64,000 nt of DNA, from assembly GCA_964276515.1 (NCBI GenBank), contig OZ193909.1:17112001-17176000 (forward strand). Direction: 5' to 3'. The notes under the pieces are model-generated. The model saw nothing but the letters and a program-made list of their open reading frames with translations. It was not told where the DNA came from and searched no databases. The position numbers were made by a program, and so were the translations under genes. This DNA comes from Gordius albopunctatus (lineage: Eukaryota). Positions within the stretch are counted from its first letter, which is position 1, and every line of letters begins with the position of its first letter. This document shows, in pieces, positions 58,032 through 64,000 of the stretch.

Positions 58032-58991
58032 ACATCCCTCTGGATGTTTCCACACGTTGGAATAGCACCTACAATATGCTATCCATTATAAATAAAGTAA
58101 TATAAAATATTTTGAAATTTATAAACAAATTAGAATATTATGACAATAAATTCTACTGATCCCTCCAAGGGAATTACATTATCCAATGAAGAAAAGGATA
58201 TTATGAACCAAATAGAAAATTTTTTATCTCCCTTTTATATCGTAACCAATTTAATTAGTTATGACTCAAAGGCCACCGTGGGTATGGCCTTAATTTATTT
58301 AAAAGACCTTAGCGCAAAAATGGAAGAAACGCTAAGGTCTAATGAAGCGCTATTTCATGATGCTTGTGAAGTCATGAGGGTAAAATTTGTGAAATACATA
58401 CCAGAATATGAGCGCTTTAATTTTTATGTAGCGGGATACCTCGATCCAAGAATTAAAAGAAGGTATTTACCTTCAACGATAAATACTACGGGTACCTCTA
58501 TTTTAATCATTTAATAATTTTTAATATTTTATTAGAAAATTATGAAAAGCTGGTGAATTTACATAATATTTATAAATCAAATGAAAGATTTCGTTTCCAT
58601 GATGGGATTACTCGTAAAGAAGACGATTACACCTCAGCCATTTTGAATCGTTTAAGGAGGTAAATAAATTTTTATACAATATTTTAATGACTCATTTAGT
58701 CCAACAGAGTCCTGTGTTGATTATGCTGGCGAAATGAGTGAATATGAAAATGATATTCCTCTAGCAGCGAATACAGTATTAGAATGGTGGAGGATAAATG
58801 AATCACGGTTCCCGGCATTGGGAAAAATGGCCAGAGATTTTTTGGCACAGTCCACCACCTCCGTTCCAAGTGAACGGATGTTTTCCATCGCCGGAAATAT
58901 TTTAACTGCGAGGCGTAATAGGTTATCACCTACTACAATTCGCGATATGATGTGCCTGAAATCATGGCGAAATATAAATTTTACAGCCTAA
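58032..58991 (+). pseudogene. 5'-truncated, intron-containing hAT (Ac/ZBED-like) transposase
   Basis: LDVSTRWNSTYNML, FLSPFY, YLDPRIK, LEWWRINESRFPALGKMARDFLA, TSVPSERMFS, RRNRLSP; short AT-rich introns near 58097, 58492 and 58660. Confidence 0.92.
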
Positions 58992-59124
58992 ATATGTTAT
59001 GATTTCATCTATTATATGTTTATCATTGATTTCACAAACTTATTATTAGACTTAATAAAATTTGTAAATATTATATCCATGACGATTTTTAGTATTGTTT
59101 TAGCCATCTATAAGTTTATATTAA

Positions 59125-59632
59125 AGAATTTTAAATCGCATCATAAATATGGATTATGACATTTGTCACCTGGGCGACCGCTAAACTTTTAAAAATCTTA
59201 ATTTCAAAGGTGAAAACATTTTTTAAGCTCTTAGTTGTTCAGAATTTCAAAAAAAATTTAAATCGCATCATAAATATGGATTATGATATTTGTCACCTGG
59301 GTGACCGCTAAACTTTTAAAAATCTTAATTTCAAAGGTGAAAAGCATTTTTTAAGCTCTTAGTGAGTCAGAATTTAAAAAAAATTTTAAATCGCATCATA
59401 AATATGGATTATGACATTTGTCACCTGGGCGACCGATAAACTTTTAAAAATCTTAATTTCAAAGGTGAAAAACATTTTTTAAGCTCTTAGTGAGTCAGAA
59501 TTTAAAAAAAAATTTAAATCGCATCATAAATATGGATTATGACATTTGTCACCAGGGCGACTGCTAAACTTTTAAAAATCTTAATTCCAAAGGTAAAAAA
59601 ACATTTTTTAGACTCTTAGTGAGTCACAATTT
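59125..59632. repeat. ~122-bp tandem repeat array (about 4 units), inverted relative to 56357-57890
   Basis: Reverse complement of the same unit, sharing diagnostic variants with the first four left-arm units. Confidence 0.95.
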
Positions 59633-59683
59633 AACACTACCAACGACGGTCCCAAGTCCGTGTGAAAAAAGTGGAGGGTTGGC
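59627..59683 (+). ncRNA. Twister ribozyme at the RTE 5' end (right copy)
   Basis: U^AACACUAC-CAACG-ACGG-UCCCAAGU-CCGU-GUGAAAAA-AGUG-GAGGG parallels the rice twister as I recall it (UAACACUGCCAAUGCCGGUCCCAAGCCCGGAUAAAAGUGGAGGG), with compensatory changes. Confidence 0.87.
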
Positions 59684-62600
59684 GTCAGGTCGGAAGCCGG
59701 CTGTAAAAAGCAACTCCAAACACCATGGCAGCTTCAAATACGAACTTATACCAGAATGCTAGGGCGTCCTCCCCAAACGACGCGCATTGCATCATCCACC
59801 CGTGCAATGTGAAAAGTATACAAGGGTCACCGCCTCACTCACAACAAAGGCGGTTAAGGAACCTAGTTGTCGAACGGACAAGAGTGGCTAGCTGGAATGT
59901 TGGCACGCTGACGGGGAAGAGCATCGAGGTTGCGCAGATGCTAAAAAGACGAAGGATACACATAGCGTGTCTACAAGAAACACGGTGGCATGGAACAAAA
60001 GCCAGGGAGCTAGGAGATGGTTACAAGCTATACTACTCGGGTTCCCCATCACGGAAGAACGGGGTCGGTATAGTGCTTAGCGATTCCTTTAAGGACAAGG
60101 TAGTCGAAGTCAAACGATGCTCGGATAGATTGATGTGCATAAAGCTGGCGGATCAAGGCGGCCTTGTCAATGTTATTTGTGCGTATTCGCCCCAGGTTGG
60201 ATGTTCCGAAAACGAGAAGGACGAATTCTATGAGAAGCTCAAAGAAGAAATACGCTACGTGAAGCCTGACGAGAATCTCATCATCGGAGCAGACTTTAAT
60301 GGGCACGTTGGGAAAGAAAGGGGCGTGTACGAACGAAATTACGGCGGGCATGGCTATGGAGTGAAAAATAAAGAGGGAGAGAAGTTACTACAGATGGCGC
60401 AAGCTTACGATATGGCCATTGTGAATACCTTCTTTCAGAAGCGTACCGAACATTTAGCGACGTACAGTAGTGGAAATCACCTTACACAGGTCGACTACAT
60501 ATTAGTGAAGCGCATAAATTTGTGGCAAGTTAAAGATTGCAAGGTTATACCGGGGGAAGAAATCGCCAAACAACATCGGCCAGTTGTCCTCGATATAGCA
60601 AGAAAGATTTTTCCCGTAAGGAGAAAAGTCTACACACCAAGGACAAAGTACGAAAAGCTTAAGGATGATCATGCAAATGAAATGTTTCAGACTCGAGCAA
60701 CTCCGCTCTTGAAGGTTGCAGGCTTGGAGGGCGACATTAACAAAAGGTGGGGCACCGTTGCAAATGTTCTAAAGGAAACGGCCTTACAAATATTGGGACG
60801 AACTAAGGGCGGCAGAGCTCACAAGCGTGAACTATGGTGGTGGAATGACTCGGTCAAAGAGGTTATAGAAGAAAAGAAGGCGTTGTACCTACGATGGTAC
60901 AAAACGAAGAAAGGAGAAGACTACGAGGCATATCGTGAAGCGAAACGCAAAGCTAAGATAGCGGTCGCGATAGCGAAGAACAACGCTTACACCGAGATGG
61001 CAAACAAGCTCGATACCAAGGGCGGCGACATAGTCATGTATAAACTCGCAAAGATCAGGGAGAAAAAAAGTCGAGATGTCGGGACACTTAAAGTCATTAA
61101 AAGCGAAGAGGGACGAACGTTGTGCAAACCGAAGGAAGTCATCAAAAGATGGAAAGATTATTTCCAAAATATGATGAACAAAACAAATGATAGAAGACCG
61201 CTAGAGAGGGTGGAACCGAACTCGAACTTGGTTTTACCATTTCAGGCTTATGAAATAGGAGCACAACTAACGAAGATGCGGAAAGGGAAAGCGCTAGGTC
61301 CCGATGATCTACCGATCGAAGCTTGGCTTGGGTGCAAAGGAGAAGGAATCGACATAATGACAGGCCTATTTAACGCTATGCTGTATGAGAGTCGTATCCC
61401 TGACCAATGGAGGGAAAGTACGATCATACCCATATACAAAGGTAAAGGAGACGCGCAGGAATGTGGCAACTTTAGAGGTATCAAGTTGACCTGCCACTCA
61501 CTAAAACTACTAGAAAGGGTGCTAGTGAAAAGGCTCAATGACGAAGTTTGTCTCTCGCCCAATCAGTTTGGATTTGTGGCCGGTAAATCAACGATGGACC
61601 CAATCTTTGCGTTGAAGCAGACGATGAAAAAATATGGCGTCATAAGAAAGAAATTACACATGGTCTTCATCGATTTAGAAAAGGCCTACGATACGGTTCC
61701 GAGAGACTTAATATGGTGGTCCCTTAGAGCCAGAAATATACCCGAAGGATATGTTCGACTTATCAAGGAAATGTATAATGGAGCGGTTGCATCTGTTAGG
61801 ACTACAGTAGGAGTAACGAAACCCTTCCGAATAATGATCGGACTACATCAAGGATCAGCGTTAAGCCCATTCTTGTTTAATCTAATTATGGATACAATAA
61901 CAAAGGACTTGCACAAGCCAGCCCCTTGGACTATGCTATATGCCGACGATATTGTCCTATGCGATGAAACAAGAGAAGGGGTTTTTCATCAGGCGAAAAA
62001 ATGGTCAGAACGTTTCTCGGAATTCGGGTTAAAGGTCAGCGAGAAGAAAACGGTTTACATGCAAACGATGGGCGGTAGTCCGCAAATGCACAAAATTGAA
62101 GGTCCAAGGTACACGGAGGTTGATAAGTTCACATATCTTGGCTCGCTATTACATCAAGAGGGAGGATGTACCGCCGAAGTCCATTCTCGGATCAAGAAAG
62201 CATGGCTCAAGTGGCGCAGCATCTCCGGTGTCATGTGTGACAAAAAGATACCAATTTGGTTGAAAAGCAAGGCGTACAAAACCATCGTGCGACCGGTCTT
62301 GCTTTACGGGAGCGAAACATGGGCTGTAACCAGCGCGGAGGAGAAACTCTTGCAAGTCACGGAAATGAGAATGGTGCGATGGAGCTTAGGCTACACCAAG
62401 CTGGATCGCATGACGAACGAATCCTTGATGACAAAGATGGGTATACAAGCGACGAAGGACTTCTTAAGAGAAAATCGACTGCGGTGGTACGGCCATGTAT
62501 TACGAAGAGACGAAGACGATGTCACACGCCGAACGCTGGAGATGGACGTGCCTGGAAGAAGAGGAAGGGGCAGACCACGTGCCACCTGGAAACGACTGGT

Positions 62601-62715
62601 CGAAAAGGATATGGACGTCAAACAGATGGAAATTGGGATGGCATTCACACGACTCAGATGGAAGAGGCTGCTGAAAACGTACCCCACGTCTGTGGGATTT
62701 TCAACACGATAAAGG
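59633..62715 (+). mobile_element. Full-length RTE LINE (3083 bp), right copy
   Basis: 15-bp TSD AGTGAGTCACAATTT (59618-59632, 62716-62730); single intact ORF. Confidence 0.97.
59725..62712 (+). CDS. RTE ORF: APE endonuclease + reverse transcriptase (995 aa)
   Basis: Same motifs as the left copy; differs at 2 residues (KKAW vs KKVW, DDVT vs DDFT). Confidence 0.97.
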   Translation: MAASNTNLYQNARASSPNDAHCIIHPCNVKSIQGSPPHSQQRRLRNLVVERTRVASWNVGTLTGKSIEVAQMLKRRRIHIACLQETRWHGTKARELGDGYKLYYSGSPSRKNGVGIVLSDSFKDKVVEVKRCSDRLMCIKLADQGGLVNVICAYSPQVGCSENEKDEFYEKLKEEIRYVKPDENLIIGADFNGHVGKERGVYERNYGGHGYGVKNKEGEKLLQMAQAYDMAIVNTFFQKRTEHLATYSSGNHLTQVDYILVKRINLWQVKDCKVIPGEEIAKQHRPVVLDIARKIFPVRRKVYTPRTKYEKLKDDHANEMFQTRATPLLKVAGLEGDINKRWGTVANVLKETALQILGRTKGGRAHKRELWWWNDSVKEVIEEKKALYLRWYKTKKGEDYEAYREAKRKAKIAVAIAKNNAYTEMANKLDTKGGDIVMYKLAKIREKKSRDVGTLKVIKSEEGRTLCKPKEVIKRWKDYFQNMMNKTNDRRPLERVEPNSNLVLPFQAYEIGAQLTKMRKGKALGPDDLPIEAWLGCKGEGIDIMTGLFNAMLYESRIPDQWRESTIIPIYKGKGDAQECGNFRGIKLTCHSLKLLERVLVKRLNDEVCLSPNQFGFVAGKSTMDPIFALKQTMKKYGVIRKKLHMVFIDLEKAYDTVPRDLIWWSLRARNIPEGYVRLIKEMYNGAVASVRTTVGVTKPFRIMIGLHQGSALSPFLFNLIMDTITKDLHKPAPWTMLYADDIVLCDETREGVFHQAKKWSERFSEFGLKVSEKKTVYMQTMGGSPQMHKIEGPRYTEVDKFTYLGSLLHQEGGCTAEVHSRIKKAWLKWRSISGVMCDKKIPIWLKSKAYKTIVRPVLLYGSETWAVTSAEEKLLQVTEMRMVRWSLGYTKLDRMTNESLMTKMGIQATKDFLRENRLRWYGHVLRRDEDDVTRRTLEMDVPGRRGRGRPRATWKRLVEKDMDVKQMEIGMAFTRLRWKRLLKTYPTSVGFSTR

Positions 62716-63220
62716 AGTGAGTCACAATTTGAAAAATAAATTTAAATCGCATCATAAATATAGATTATGACATTTACCCCATCTATATATTAATTTAACC
62801 ACCTGTACAAAATATTTATACCTAAAAACTCAAAGTGTATATAATTACATGTAGGGTAAAAAATCAAATATACAATCTCATCTTATTATCGTGTAATCCA
62901 TCATTTTATGCTCAACATGCTTAATTTCTTATAAAACTATAATATAACAACTTTATAATATACCATGAGCAAATTTTGTTAGTAACTAAAAAAGTTTAAC
63001 AAAAGCAATTCAATCTACTATCTGCTCGAGCTCCTGCTAAATTTTTTAACAGATTTGGCTGCTTCGACTAACTTCTCGAGCATTTTTTATGTGCTACTGT
63101 TAAAACTAACGCACCGAACAGTTAGCACTCATTGTGCTAAACTAGCATATTACCCAGCTACTGTTCGTGCTCGCGTTTTTAGTTGAAGCTGCTTAGCAAT
63201 TTAACAACTATAGTGTCCAG

Positions 63221-63702
63221 GTAGGAGCACAGGCACGGCACAAGTAGGTGACGTGCCTCAGGCTACTCCTGAGGTAACGCCGAGAGCGTGGGAGGCGTCG
63301 CTGAGTGCGGAGGAGGCACTACGACATCTGTCCCTGGGCCATAATTAGGAGGTGCCGGAGAAGGTAAAAGAGGAAGGTCTTGTGGTTGCTAGTTTTTTAG
63401 GCCTATTCGAATGAGCTTAGTTATTGTTGTAGCCGTGGTTAAGTAGTTAAATCACTTAACATTCACGCGCCTATGCTAATGAGATAGCGTTTTGTATCTT
63501 GCCCACTAATGGGGAGAATAATTAGCGTGTGAATAAATGGTAATGTAGGTTGGTTATGTGAATAGACGTGCAGTAGTTAGAAGCAGACGTCGAACGGTCG
63601 GCAGCTCTCATTCAAATTGAGAGCCGCATCGACTGTGATAAAAGGCTGGATTGTACACTGTTTTTTAATCATATATTGTTTTCTTCTCTCTGTGTAGTAA
63701 CA
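63221..63702 (+). mobile_element. 3' remainder of the Gypsy element: GC-rich tail, putative PPT (63366-63377) and putative 3' LTR (63381-63702)
   Basis: Composition continues that of 52510-52766 across the hAT TSD; purine tract AAAAGAGGAAGG followed by TGTGG...TAACA. No second LTR in the window to confirm. Confidence 0.5.
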
Positions 63703-64000
63703 GCGATTATCAACCGAGAAAAAGAAGTCCCTTGATCCAATACCCCCACCGACTCGTATACGTCACCATTTCTAGTCGATTAAGTTCACGGATAATTACT
63801 CACGGCCTTCGTCCAACTTATATTTCATTATTACCTGTTCAATATTTTGTTTATCGGGATTATAACACACATTCGTCCAATATTGTTGATACTATTACTG
63901 GCACTAATAAAAGATTGTTGCAGAGGTTATTTCATTATTGTTTGCCAAGAGCGTTAACAATACGTTGATATTTATTACTAGGTTTTTCCATAGAGTGTTA

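Larger units (their letters stand above)
52767..63212 (+). mobile_element. 10.4-kb foldback (palindromic) hAT transposon carrying two inverted RTE copies
   Basis: TIR TAGAGTTGTTAAATTGCTAA / TTAGCAATTTAACAACTATA (19/20 match); perfect 8-bp TSD GTGTCCAG (52759-52766, 63213-63220); central hAT transposase remnant. Confidence 0.93.

Overview
AT-rich, intron-containing animal (invertebrate-like) genomic DNA dominated by transposable elements, with one 200-N scaffold gap (44651-44850). Host genes: two paralogous intronless rhodopsin-type GPCR genes (one partial at the window start, one pseudogenised and split by an RTE insertion), a 6-exon cathepsin L (minus strand) and a ~16-exon POP1 (RNase P/MRP subunit, minus strand). 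Mobile DNA includes several RTE-clade LINEs, hAT elements and their MITEs, a spliced FLYWCH-MULE transposase gene and a degraded Gypsy pol. The most striking structure is a 10.4 kb hAT element (52767-63212, 8-bp TSD GTGTCCAG) inserted in the Gypsy remnant. It is a giant foldback palindrome whose two arms each carry a near-identical, intact 3083-bp RTE at the same target site with the same 15-bp TSD. Full-length RTE copies begin with a twister ribozyme, and their 5' boundary falls exactly at the predicted U^A cleavage site. All calls are from manual reading; no database searches were run, and mismatch counts are by eye.
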